From a virus (taxonomy: Duplodnaviria > Caudoviricetes): a stretch of DNA of 64,000 nucleotides. The stretch spans positions 1 to 64,000 of IMG/VR virus record IMGVR_UViG_3300029913_000012; one strand, given 5' to 3'. Positions 39,778 through 49,437 of the stretch are shown in pieces; position 1 is the stretch's first letter, and each line of letters begins with the position of its first letter. Both the position numbers and the translations under genes were made by a program. The notes under the pieces were generated by a model, which was not told the origin of the DNA, did no database searches, and was given only the letters and a program-made list of their open reading frames with translations.

Positions 39778-42150
39778 TTAAGAACTTAATTTATCAAATG
39801 CTGATTTGAAATAATCAATCTGAGATTCACTCAATTTAGAGCCATCTACGATATGATTTTCTGTGATTAATTGTTTTGCAGGTTTTTCATTTGTGTAACG
39901 TGCTAAATCTCTACTATACCAAAAGCTCTCAAATTTTTGTACTGTATCTAGAGCAGGAAATAATCTTGCTGTTGCCAACACTTGGTTTTTAATAGTTTCA
40001 TCTAATTTTTTCCAAATTAGGGTTAATTCAGATGGCATTGATTCAATTAATAAATCATTAAATGATTTTCTTTTTGGAGAAAGAGCTTCATTCATAAGTG
40101 AAATTACTTGTGCTTCACTTGTGTATTTACCTTCACTTTCTTTTAATAACATTTTAACTTTAGTTTTGTCATCGTTAGATAATGAATAATAAGCAGCTTT
40201 TCTTTTTTCTGTTAAGAACATCATGAAATTTGGTTGATCGTTTTCAGAAGCTTTTCTTTTTTTAGTTTCATTGATCAAATTATTTATATTTTCGTTTAAT
40301 GTATTTTGTACTTTTTGTACTTTACTTCCTAATCTAGTGATTTTAGATTCATGTACTTCAACAGGTTCTTCTTCTGTGTCTAATTGTATTACTACCATAC
40401 CATTTTGTGGATTGGTTGCAAGTACTTCTCCAGTTTTATCTCCAACTGCAATAGTTTCACCTGGAGTAGGTAATCCACCTTCTTCAGTTTCTGCTTGAAT
40501 TGGTTCTTCTGTTGTTGGTTGTACTGGTTCTTCTGTTGGTAATTCACCTTCTACTGCTGGTTGAGCTTCTACATCACCTTCTTGTTTAATTGGTTGATCT
40601 TCTGTTTGTTGAGCTTGTGCAGGTTCAGTTGCAGGGCCTTCTATTGTTGGAGCTTGTTCTTCGTAATATCCATTGATATCAATATCTTTAGTATTTTCAT
40701 CTTCTGTTATGAAATCAAAATTTTCAAGAACTTTTCCAGTTTTTAATCTTTCTGTAAGAAGTTTTGATTTTTCAATAGTTTTATCCAAATTTTCTGCGAT
40801 ATAATTTGTATAAGCCATAGAATCGTCTAAATTTTCAGCGATATATTCGGAGTAAGAAATGTTATTATCTACATGTTCAGCGATATATTCTGAGTAAGCT
40901 ATATTATTATCAAGATTTTCAGCGATATATTCTGAGTAAGCTATATTATTATCAAGATTTTCAGCAACATATTCCGAATAGATAATAGAATTATCCAAAT
41001 TTTCTGCTAAATATTCTGAATAAACAATAGAACTATCAAGATTTTCAGCAACATATTCTGAATAATCAATAGATTTATCAAGACTTTCAGCTATATATTC
41101 TGAATATTTGATGTTTTTATCAACATGTTCTGCTATATATTCTGAAAAATCAATATTCTTATCTAATGTTTCAGCTATATATTTACCATAATCAATAGAT
41201 TTATCAAGATTTTCAGCTATATATTCTGAATAGTTTCCTATTTTTTCAATATTTTCAGCAAGATAATCATTGTGTTTAATTAAATCTGTTGTGGTTTTTT
41301 TCAACTGTACATTTTCATTTACAACAAATTGCATACTTTCTGCAAGATAATCTAGGTATTTCACCATTTTTGATTGTTGTTCATGTAATTTTTCGTAATA
41401 ATCAAGTACACTTTCTAATTTAGCAGGATCAAAATCAACATTATTACCTTTTACCATATCATTAATTTTTGTTTTAAAGGTTTCAATTTCTTCTGTCAAA
41501 TAATTAGAATACTCTGTCATTTGTTTTTTTGTTACAAAGTCTTCGTTGTTCATTTGGAATAATTCATTTATTTTTGACTCGTCAGATATATCATATATCC
41601 TAAAGTAATCTTTATCACTAAATCCATAACTTTCATTTAATGATTTGACTTCCATTCTTGCTGAACTAAATCCAGGATCAGCAACAGCATCATAAGTAAA
41701 TAATTTTTTAACGGTAACTGTACCATCTGATTCTGTGATGCCAGCGGCTCTAGATGATACGAAAATAGGGCATCCATCATCTACAAGTGCCTTAGCTTCT
41801 TTACCCCAATGGGTATTTAATAATCGGATTTCTCCCTTTACTGAATTTGATGATTTATCAAATATCGCACTTTCAATTGTGTGCGAAACTCTTGATAATG
41901 AGGTATCAAACACATCAGGGTGGTCAAATTCCCCGTAGACTACACCAAGTTGATTTTTACGACTTAGTAATTCATCTAAATGAGGTAGGAACTTATCAGC
42001 AGTATAGATTCTATCGTTTCTATTCTTTATGTTAAATTCCGTAAACGTACCCTCTAAAATGTAATCACCTTTCTTTTGATTGGTATTTTCATTTATTGGT
42101 TTCTGTTTAAGACCGTCCATACAATGTTCTACAATAAGAACTGGTTTCAT
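39778..42150 (-). CDS. prohead protease (gp21-like) fused to scaffold/core domain
   Basis: NRNDRIY, YGEFDHP, VSH, VSSRAAG, TYDAVADPGF; then 14-aa repeats and an acidic linker. Confidence 0.92.
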   Translation of the reverse strand: MKPVLIVEHCMDGLKQKPINENTNQKKGDYILEGTFTEFNIKNRNDRIYTADKFLPHLDELLSRKNQLGVVYGEFDHPDVFDTSLSRVSHTIESAIFDKSSNSVKGEIRLLNTHWGKEAKALVDDGCPIFVSSRAAGITESDGTVTVKKLFTYDAVADPGFSSARMEVKSLNESYGFSDKDYFRIYDISDESKINELFQMNNEDFVTKKQMTEYSNYLTEEIETFKTKINDMVKGNNVDFDPAKLESVLDYYEKLHEQQSKMVKYLDYLAESMQFVVNENVQLKKTTTDLIKHNDYLAENIEKIGNYSEYIAENLDKSIDYGKYIAETLDKNIDFSEYIAEHVDKNIKYSEYIAESLDKSIDYSEYVAENLDSSIVYSEYLAENLDNSIIYSEYVAENLDNNIAYSEYIAENLDNNIAYSEYIAEHVDNNISYSEYIAENLDDSMAYTNYIAENLDKTIEKSKLLTERLKTGKVLENFDFITEDENTKDIDINGYYEEQAPTIEGPATEPAQAQQTEDQPIKQEGDVEAQPAVEGELPTEEPVQPTTEEPIQAETEEGGLPTPGETIAVGDKTGEVLATNPQNGMVVIQLDTEEEPVEVHESKITRLGSKVQKVQNTLNENINNLINETKKRKASENDQPNFMMFLTEKRKAAYYSLSNDDKTKVKMLLKESEGKYTSEAQVISLMNEALSPKRKSFNDLLIESMPSELTLIWKKLDETIKNQVLATARLFPALDTVQKFESFWYSRDLARYTNEKPAKQLITENHIVDGSKLSESQIDYFKSAFDKLSS
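40790..41270 (-). repeat. 42-bp (14-aa YSEYIAENLDNNIA-type) coding tandem repeat, about 11 copies
   Basis: Visible in both the translation and the DNA. Confidence 0.9.
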
Positions 42151-42305
42151 ATTTTTTAATTTTCTTTTATATATTACTTAAAAAATATCATTTTTTTCTA
42201 TTTTTTAATTTTCTTCATATTTATTATTTTTGATGTGTTTTTTGCTGAATTTGATAAAACAAAGACATATAATATTTATATATACTTAAAATAAACAATT
42301 AATAT

Positions 42306-43943
42306 ATGATATTATCAAATAAAATAGAAATTCGAATTAATATATCAAATATAAAACATTATAAAAAATTATATAAAAATATTAAAATAAATGATATAAT
42401 ATTGGTTAATGTGAATGAACTAACTAAAGGATCTAGATATAAAGTTAAAATGAGATGCGATAAATGTGGAGATGAGTATGAATCATGTTTTAATATATTA
42501 TATAAAAATAATTCACTTAAAAAATTTATATGCAAAAAATGTAAAAGAAAAATAACTATTCAAGAAAAATATGGAGTAGATAATGTTTTTCAATGTAATG
42601 AAATAAAAGAAAAATCGAAAATAACAATTAAAGAAAAATATGGAGTAGATAATGTATCACAAAATAAAGAAATTAAAGAGAAAAAAATGAATACTAATTT
42701 TAAACATTTTGGAGTTAAATGGGGATTATCATCTAATATAATTAAAGAAAAATCGAAAATAACAATTAAAGAAAAATATGGAGTAGATAATGTATCACAA
42801 AATAAAGAAATCAAAGAGAAAAAAGAAAAAACTTGTTTTAAAAATAACGGAGTAAATTTTATATCTCAGCATAAAAATTTTAAACAAAATATAAACAAAA
42901 TAAATTTAATAAAACTTCAAAAAAAATATTCAAATTTAATAAATATTGAAGGAGACAATTTTACATTTTATTGTGAAAAATGTGAAAAAAACTTTGAAAT
43001 TTATAAAAAAACATTTTATGGTAGATATAATCTAAATGTTGATGCATGTGTATTTTGTAATCCTATAGGATCTGTTCATACATCTGGATCAGAAACTAAT
43101 GTATATAATTTCATTAAAAAAAATTATAACGGAGAAATCATACAAAATAATAGAAATATTATAAAACCATATGAATTGGATATTTATATTCCTGAATTAA
43201 AAATTGCATTTGAATATAATGGATTATTTTGGCATAATGAAAATAATACTTCTAATAATTATCATTTAAATAAAACTGAATTATGTGAAAAACTAGGAAT
43301 ACAATTAATGCATATTTGGGAGGATGATTGGTTATATAAGCCAGATATAATAAAATCTATGATATTAAATAAATTAAGTAAAAATTATAATAAAATATTT
43401 GCACGTGAAACAGAAATTAAAGAAATAAATGATAATAAAATAGTTAAAGATTTTTTAAATAATAATCATATTAAAGGATTTATTAGTTCCAAAATTAAAA
43501 TAGGATTATTTTATAAAAATGAATTAGTTAGCTTAATTACATTCAGTAATCTTAAAATTCCAAAAAATAAAATTGAAAAAAATTATGAATTATTAAGATT
43601 TTGTAATAAGTTAAATACTAATATTATAGGAGGTGAAAATAAATTATTCAATTATTTTATTGAAAATTATAATTCGAATAAAATATTAGCATATATAGAT
43701 ATAAGTAATTGTAACAGTGAATTATATGAAACATTAAATTTTAATAATATAGGCAAAATTAAACCAAATTATTATTATATAATAAATGGAATACGACTAA
43801 ATAAATTTAATTTTCGTAAAGATATATTAATTAAGCAAGGTTATGATAAAAATAAAACTGAGCATGAAATAATGAAAGATAGGCATTATTATAGAATATA
43901 TGATTGTGGACAATTAAAATTTGAATATATTAATAAATTATAA
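42306..43943 (+). CDS. Hef-like homing endonuclease with C-terminal GNAT-like extension
   Basis: KYG repeats; ELDIY..AFEYNGLFWH..HIWEDDW; FLNNNHIKG..YELLRFC..IYDCG. Confidence 0.8.
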   Translation: MILSNKIEIRINISNIKHYKKLYKNIKINDIILVNVNELTKGSRYKVKMRCDKCGDEYESCFNILYKNNSLKKFICKKCKRKITIQEKYGVDNVFQCNEIKEKSKITIKEKYGVDNVSQNKEIKEKKMNTNFKHFGVKWGLSSNIIKEKSKITIKEKYGVDNVSQNKEIKEKKEKTCFKNNGVNFISQHKNFKQNINKINLIKLQKKYSNLINIEGDNFTFYCEKCEKNFEIYKKTFYGRYNLNVDACVFCNPIGSVHTSGSETNVYNFIKKNYNGEIIQNNRNIIKPYELDIYIPELKIAFEYNGLFWHNENNTSNNYHLNKTELCEKLGIQLMHIWEDDWLYKPDIIKSMILNKLSKNYNKIFARETEIKEINDNKIVKDFLNNNHIKGFISSKIKIGLFYKNELVSLITFSNLKIPKNKIEKNYELLRFCNKLNTNIIGGENKLFNYFIENYNSNKILAYIDISNCNSELYETLNFNNIGKIKPNYYYIINGIRLNKFNFRKDILIKQGYDKNKTEHEIMKDRHYYRIYDCGQLKFEYINKL

Positions 43944-44276
43944 ATTATATTTTTCAGAATCTTTGAATACTTTATATTCTTCTAAATCGAAACCGATTAA
44001 TGTTTCTACTGGAACCGTTTGTAATGTATTACTAAATTTAGCACTTTTAATGTATGCTATTTTGAACTCATTTGTTATAGAATATAAAAAAACATCACCT
44101 CTTCCATATTCTATCATATCATATACTGATTCTAAATAACTATCTATATGAGATTTAAATAATTTTAGTTCTTTTCTTATAGATTTATCTAATACTAGCT
44201 TACTTAATAATTCTAAATCAATTTTATATCTTCTATCTTGATATCCAATAGTTTCATTAAATTTTGCAATTTTCAT
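43938..44276 (-). CDS. putative internal head protein
   Basis: MKIAKFNE leader; ends KYNL. Confidence 0.6.
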   Translation of the reverse strand: MKIAKFNETIGYQDRRYKIDLELLSKLVLDKSIRKELKLFKSHIDSYLESVYDMIEYGRGDVFLYSITNEFKIAYIKSAKFSNTLQTVPVETLIGFDLEEYKVFKDSEKYNL

Positions 44277-44296
44277 AATATATTTATATTTTTAAA

Positions 44297-44593
44297 TTAA
44301 ATAGACGTAATAAAATCATCATCATTTGATTTTTTATTTTTATTTTCCAATTTTTTTGTAGTTACTTTTGTGATTGCTTTTGTAGTTGTGTTTGTAGTTG
44401 TGTTTGTAGTTACTTTTGTAGTTATTTTAGTACGCTTGGTATATTCATTATCTGGAATTTTTAATGATTTAATTTTTCCATTTATTTTAATATCATAATA
44501 ACCATTTTTTTCTCCTATAAATTCTTCCACATTATTAATATCAGTTATATTATTGTAATATAATATTGATACAATTCTTCTATCTATTGACAT
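44297..44593 (-). CDS. hypothetical protein with Thr-rich tail
   Basis: TTKVTTNTTTNTTTK. Confidence 0.55.
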   Translation of the reverse strand: MSIDRRIVSILYYNNITDINNVEEFIGEKNGYYDIKINGKIKSLKIPDNEYTKRTKITTKVTTNTTTNTTTKAITKVTTKKLENKNKKSNDDDFITSI

Positions 44594-44610
44594 ATTTATT
44601 TATTTATTTT

Positions 44611-45504
44611 TTATAAAAATTTAAGATAATCAATATCTTTATTTTCTTTTATATATTGTTTGTAAATTACTATTTTTGTTGAAGACGTCCAATATCCCTC
44701 TTTTAATGATTCGTCAGATACTCTATTTAATACTTTTAATAGTTTTTTTATAAAATTTGATGATACTGACTTAAAATATCTACTAGAATTTTTTAAATAA
44801 TTATATAAATCTGTATCAGAATTTATTTTTGTTTTTATTTTCATTTTAGAATTAAATAAATTAAATATTTCATAAAGAAAAACTTTATCGTTTATATATG
44901 AGTTTATTAAGTCAGTATATAATTGTTTATATTCAAAATTTTTTAAATTTAACATATTCTGCCACTCAATTGTCTCTACTAAAAATTTTTTTAGAATATC
45001 TATATCTTTAATTTTTTTATCAGATAAATAAGTATAAACACTGGAAACTCTTGCATTAACTTCAAATGGTAGAGATAAATAAAAAATATCTATAAAATAA
45101 AATAAACTATTATTGTTAATTTGTTTTCTTGTGTCATATAATACTTTCATTCTATTCCATTTTGACTTAGTATAAATATCTTTTATTTTATACAATTCAT
45201 ATAAATGAGTTAGCTCATGCATCAAAGATTTAATTATTAAAGATTTATTAAAATATGATACATTTAAATTTATTATACAATTTTTAAAATTTGAATTTAT
45301 ACAATCATCAAAATTTAAATCTCCTGAAAAATTATTCTTACTATCATTTTTTTTAAAATTAATAGTCAAACTAGCGACTAAATCAACTTCGTTTATATCT
45401 ATTAATAATGTTGTTAAATTTTTAGAACTATATATGATTTCACTATCATATTTAGTAATAATATTTAGTAATATATCTGGAGTACCTTTTGATTCTAATA
45501 CCAT
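44611..45504 (-). CDS. HExxH zincin-like protein
   Basis: HELTH...YLSLPFEVNARV; paralog of 55832..56731. Confidence 0.6.
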   Translation of the reverse strand: MVLESKGTPDILLNIITKYDSEIIYSSKNLTTLLIDINEVDLVASLTINFKKNDSKNNFSGDLNFDDCINSNFKNCIINLNVSYFNKSLIIKSLMHELTHLYELYKIKDIYTKSKWNRMKVLYDTRKQINNNSLFYFIDIFYLSLPFEVNARVSSVYTYLSDKKIKDIDILKKFLVETIEWQNMLNLKNFEYKQLYTDLINSYINDKVFLYEIFNLFNSKMKIKTKINSDTDLYNYLKNSSRYFKSVSSNFIKKLLKVLNRVSDESLKEGYWTSSTKIVIYKQYIKENKDIDYLKFL

Positions 45505-45592
45505 ATTTTATTTGTAATTTTAATTATATATAAAAAAATAACTGTCATAATATAATTTATGATTCTGGTCAATTAAAAATTGTATATAAAAT

Positions 45593-45628
45593 AAAAACAG
45601 AGAACTAAATTTAAGTTCTCTGTTTTTA
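45593..45628 (-). terminator. terminator after the portal gene
   Basis: AAAAACAGAGAACT...AGTTCTCTGTTTTT. Confidence 0.8.
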
Positions 45629-45642
45629 TTAAAAAATATATT

Positions 45643-47400
45643 TTAAAATTCCGCTCCACCTTGGGCTTGACCTCCACCTTGACCTCCACCTTGAGCTTGA
45701 CCTCCACCTTGAGCTTGACCTCCACCTTGAGCTTGACCTCCACTTTGGGCTTGACCTCCACCTTGGGCTTGACCTCCACCTGGCATACCACCTTCGCCAC
45801 CACCTGGCATACCACCTTCACCTCCACCTGGCATACCACCACTCATTCCTCCTCCTTCACCTGCTGTACCGCTCATCATTTTATATTTATTATTAGATTC
45901 AATATCTTTATCAGTAAATTTCATAATATTTCTCACAATCCACTCAATCGAAAGGTAAGGTTTCCCCTCACCGTCTTGTAGATTGCTTGATAAAGTTGAT
46001 GATATTTCTGCTCTTTTTGCTAAATTGTTTAAGTATTTCCATTCTTCAAATAAATCATTAGAATTAAAATTTAATTTAATATAACTTTCAAATACTCTAT
46101 CACTACTTAATTCAGGAAAGTCTAATACCATTTGTATTTTTAATGGTTTAACTAAAACTTCTTTAAATAATGTTCTTAATCTACCAACAAAATTTTTAAA
46201 TCTTATTTCATCCATAGTAATTGAAGCAGTATCATCATAAAAATTACCACCTCCCTGATCTTCATCTAATCTTGAAAAAGGCATTTTAGATGCTCTTTTA
46301 AATGATTTATAAAACCACTGTAAAGATATATCTTCATTTAATTCAGCTTGTTGTGGTTGTAGAATCTCCATTTCTGGAGTTCCTAATTCAGATGTTGGAA
46401 ACCAATAATCTTTTGAATGAGGTATTTTAGTTGAGCCATTTATATATGGTACTCCTGTTGTATCATCCCATTCAATATCTTCATGATATTCACTCATCAA
46501 TTGAGTAATTTGCTGTTCAGCTTGTTGACGAGTCAGTCCATTTACAGGAATAACAAATTTTTTATATATTGAAGCTTGATTTAAATTGTACATTAATTTA
46601 GTAAACTCTAATAATTTTAATTGATTATAAGGTTTGATTAATCCTTCAACATAACTTGTTTCGTCATAATCTAAATTATTTGAATATGAAATATAAATAA
46701 TATTAGCATCTAATAAAACTCTTCTTAATTGAGGAACATCTGGATTTTGAATCCATACTACAGTTCCAGTACCTGGCTCAGCAGCTACAATTAATGTTAA
46801 TGGATCCAATAAATTAAGTTCAATTATATTTTTTTGGTCATCATCATAAACAATTTCAAATGATAAAAATCCATCAATTAAAAATGTTTTCATGTAATTC
46901 CAAGCAGTTAATCCGTCGTTAAAATTAAATGAGTTATAGACTTTTTTAAAATTTTCTTGATATTTAACTCTGATTGATTGATCATAATTATCTGGCAAAT
47001 CAGTAACAGTACAAAAATAATTATCATCATCATAATTAATTGCTTCTTCTGCTATTCTGGTAACATAATCTTTTATTTCTTCCTTTATTGCATATTGGTG
47101 TAAAATTTTTCTTTTATCCAAATATCTACGATCTAAATATGCGATAGATTTCTTTTCTAATATTTTAGATATTATTTTTTTTGTAAATAAGTCGTACATA
47201 TTTGTACCAGGTTCGTAAAGTAAATTACTGGTATCTTGAAATGCTCCAATAGCCTGACTATTTCTAACAACCATTTCTTGATCATCCATTCCGAAATTAC
47301 TCAATTTTCTTAATATTTTATTACCAAAACTTTTTCCTACATTACCTCGTCCAAAATCATACATTGAATTTGGCTGATTATATCTGTTATATGTTGCCAC
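45643..47400 (-). CDS. portal protein (gp20-like) with Gly/Gln-rich tail
   Basis: FLIDG, KPYNQLKLLE, DYWFP, SKMPFSRL, ITMDEIRFKNFVGRLR. Confidence 0.93.
   Translation of the reverse strand: MATYNRYNQPNSMYDFGRGNVGKSFGNKILRKLSNFGMDDQEMVVRNSQAIGAFQDTSNLLYEPGTNMYDLFTKKIISKILEKKSIAYLDRRYLDKRKILHQYAIKEEIKDYVTRIAEEAINYDDDNYFCTVTDLPDNYDQSIRVKYQENFKKVYNSFNFNDGLTAWNYMKTFLIDGFLSFEIVYDDDQKNIIELNLLDPLTLIVAAEPGTGTVVWIQNPDVPQLRRVLLDANIIYISYSNNLDYDETSYVEGLIKPYNQLKLLEFTKLMYNLNQASIYKKFVIPVNGLTRQQAEQQITQLMSEYHEDIEWDDTTGVPYINGSTKIPHSKDYWFPTSELGTPEMEILQPQQAELNEDISLQWFYKSFKRASKMPFSRLDEDQGGGNFYDDTASITMDEIRFKNFVGRLRTLFKEVLVKPLKIQMVLDFPELSSDRVFESYIKLNFNSNDLFEEWKYLNNLAKRAEISSTLSSNLQDGEGKPYLSIEWIVRNIMKFTDKDIESNNKYKMMSGTAGEGGGMSGGMPGGGEGGMPGGGEGGMPGGGQAQGGGQAQSGGQAQGGGQAQGGGQAQGGGQGGGQAQGGAEF
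45655..45860 (-). repeat. GGQAQG and GGEGGMPG coding repeats
   Basis: 18-bp and 24-bp units at the 3' end of the portal gene. Confidence 0.9.
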
Positions 47401-47462
47401 TGTTTATTTATTAATTTTTATTATATATAAAATTGCGTATGTTCATTTTAAATTTATTTATT

Positions 47463-48233
47463 CTACATTTTTTCTATTAATTTTAAATTTTTTTCAAAAT
47501 TTCTAAGTGAAGTATAAAATTTTTCTATATCTTTTTCATATAATTTCAATATTTCTTCATACATTATTATTTTATCTGAAAATTCTCCTTTAAGTTTATC
47601 ATTTATAATCTTATTCAATGTATCATACATTAAATTATTATTTATTTTATATGTATCTAAAAAAACAAATCTTTGTAGAATTGTAGAAGATACTTGATAC
47701 ACATGTTCAATTTTTGATATATCATATGCTGTTATGGAATAATTCTTTTTTCCATTTATTTTCAAATATTCATAAATCCATTTTATATTAAAATTAAATT
47801 CATTATTTACAACATCACCTTGTGATATTTTATCAGAATTTTTATCGTATCTATCTGAATTTGTTTGTATTATAGCATCTATTAATTTTGCTTTATATAA
47901 TAATGGTAAATAATCAAAATTTATTGCATATAAAATTTTTTTAATGTTAACAATTTTTAATTGACTTTCTAATATTCCAAGTTCATTAGAATTTGCTAAC
48001 GGTGGAATAGTTAAAATAGGACACCATAATTTATTTCCATTATAATTATATTTAATTATATAAAATTTACCAATTTGAATATTTCCTAATGTGGTTGGTC
48101 TTATTTGTTTATTTGGATTTCGTATAATATAACTAAATATTTCTTCTGTAGATTCTTTTCTAATTAAACTAATATTTTGATTATATTGCCCAAATAATGC
48201 TTTAAGTTCTTCAGTGAATGACATTTTACTCAT
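47463..48233 (-). CDS. DNA end protector (gp2-like), tentative
   Basis: IGKFYIIKY...P...AINFDYLP; adjacent to the gp4-like gene. Confidence 0.5.
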   Translation of the reverse strand: MSKMSFTEELKALFGQYNQNISLIRKESTEEIFSYIIRNPNKQIRPTTLGNIQIGKFYIIKYNYNGNKLWCPILTIPPLANSNELGILESQLKIVNIKKILYAINFDYLPLLYKAKLIDAIIQTNSDRYDKNSDKISQGDVVNNEFNFNIKWIYEYLKINGKKNYSITAYDISKIEHVYQVSSTILQRFVFLDTYKINNNLMYDTLNKIINDKLKGEFSDKIIMYEEILKLYEKDIEKFYTSLRNFEKNLKLIEKM

Positions 48234-48757
48234 TTTATTATTCCATATTTTTTCAAATCATCTTCTGAAATTATTATAAACTTCAAACTATGTCTATCAC
48301 ACCAATCTTTTGTGAAATGCCATTTATGAATATTTTTCTTATATGCTGTTAAAGAATATTGATACGTTTCTAGTGTTTTTAATGTTTCTCTTTGTGGTTG
48401 TTTAGGTGGTTCTGTTTCGTGCTTTGGCTTAATTTCAATCACAAATCTATCATATCTTTCTGGATCATTATTATCTATCATTTCTATATAAAAATCTGGA
48501 TAATAACGATGAGTTTCTATAATACCTAAACTATTTTTTATTTGATATGGAATTTCTAAACTCTCTGAACTCCATTTTAAAACTCTATCATTCAAATCAC
48601 AAAATCTACAAAATCCTAATTCCCATGAACTAAAATATTTTATTGGCATAATTCCAATGTATTTTTCTTCATTTTCAATATTATAAAGACCTTGAATATA
48701 TTTGTTTTTCCCTTTCTTGGTCCTGCGATTCCCAAATGATGCGTTATTTGCTCCCAT
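48230..48757 (-). CDS. head completion nuclease (gp4-like)
   Basis: SSWE, WSSE..IPY, HRYYPDF, IEIKP, N..KW. Confidence 0.9.
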   Translation of the reverse strand: MGANNASFGNRRTKKGKNKYIQGLYNIENEEKYIGIMPIKYFSSWELGFCRFCDLNDRVLKWSSESLEIPYQIKNSLGIIETHRYYPDFYIEMIDNNDPERYDRFVIEIKPKHETEPPKQPQRETLKTLETYQYSLTAYKKNIHKWHFTKDWCDRHSLKFIIISEDDLKKYGIIK

Positions 48758-48760
48758 AAT

Positions 48761-49024
48761 TTAATATCTATTTCTTAATGCATTCAAATTAGGAGGATCT
48801 TGAACAAGTTTAGTGTTATCTGTTACATTAATATAATTTCTACCGCCGTTTGCTTGTGCAACATCATATAATGTTGGAAATTTATTATATGCTCCAGTCT
48901 GAATATCTTGGAATTGAATATCTCTAACTAACATTATAAATTCTTCATCTCCTCTATATGAATTTGAGGGTCCTGGAGTTGAATTAATTAATCCGTCATT
49001 TCTGACCCAATCTCTTAGTGCCAT
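48761..49024 (-). CDS. hypothetical protein (likely start MALRDW)
   Basis: Internal ATG avoids overlap with the upstream gene. Confidence 0.55.
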   Translation of the reverse strand: MALRDWVRNDGLINSTPGPSNSYRGDEEFIMLVRDIQFQDIQTGAYNKFPTLYDVAQANGGRNYINVTDNTKLVQDPPNLNALRNRY

Positions 49025-49052
49025 ATTGTATATATTATTTTTTAAATATTTT

Positions 49053-49427
49053 TTAAATATTATGAAGACCTTTGCCATCATTTGCACTACTTAAACTTAT
49101 CATTTTAGGCATGTCTTGATTGTTTTTCTTCTGATAAATTACATTTAAACCACCTGCTATTCCACGCTTGCAAATCTCCGAAAAATATGGAAACGCTGAT
49201 GAATATTTTTTTTCATTAAATAAATTCCAGTTTAGCAGCATCATCATTATGCCCTGCTGCATACAATCATATTTATCATCTGAAGTTTTATACTTTCTTT
49301 CAAATTTTTTGATCATTTCTTCTCCTATTAGTATAATCATATTTTCAGCTTTTCTAGTTAATTTTCCTTTGCCTTTGCTAATTAAAACCTCATAATAGAA
49401 ATCCGTATCATTAATGTATCTTGCCAT
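49053..49427 (-). CDS. late-transcription sigma factor (gp55-like)
   Basis: YIND..F, D..DC, NW..FN..K.SSAFPYFSEI. Confidence 0.75.
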   Translation of the reverse strand: MARYINDTDFYYEVLISKGKGKLTRKAENMIILIGEEMIKKFERKYKTSDDKYDCMQQGIMMMLLNWNLFNEKKYSSAFPYFSEICKRGIAGGLNVIYQKKNNQDMPKMISLSSANDGKGLHNI

Positions 49428-49437
49428 TCATATTTAA

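Noticed and set aside
40790-41270. 42-bp periodic repeats as CRISPR or ncRNA array
   Set aside because: In-frame coding repeats with synonymous variation inside the protease-scaffold gene
42600-42825. Direct repeat of about 75 bp inside the Hef-like gene as a mobile-element end
   Set aside because: It is a duplicated KYG coding repeat
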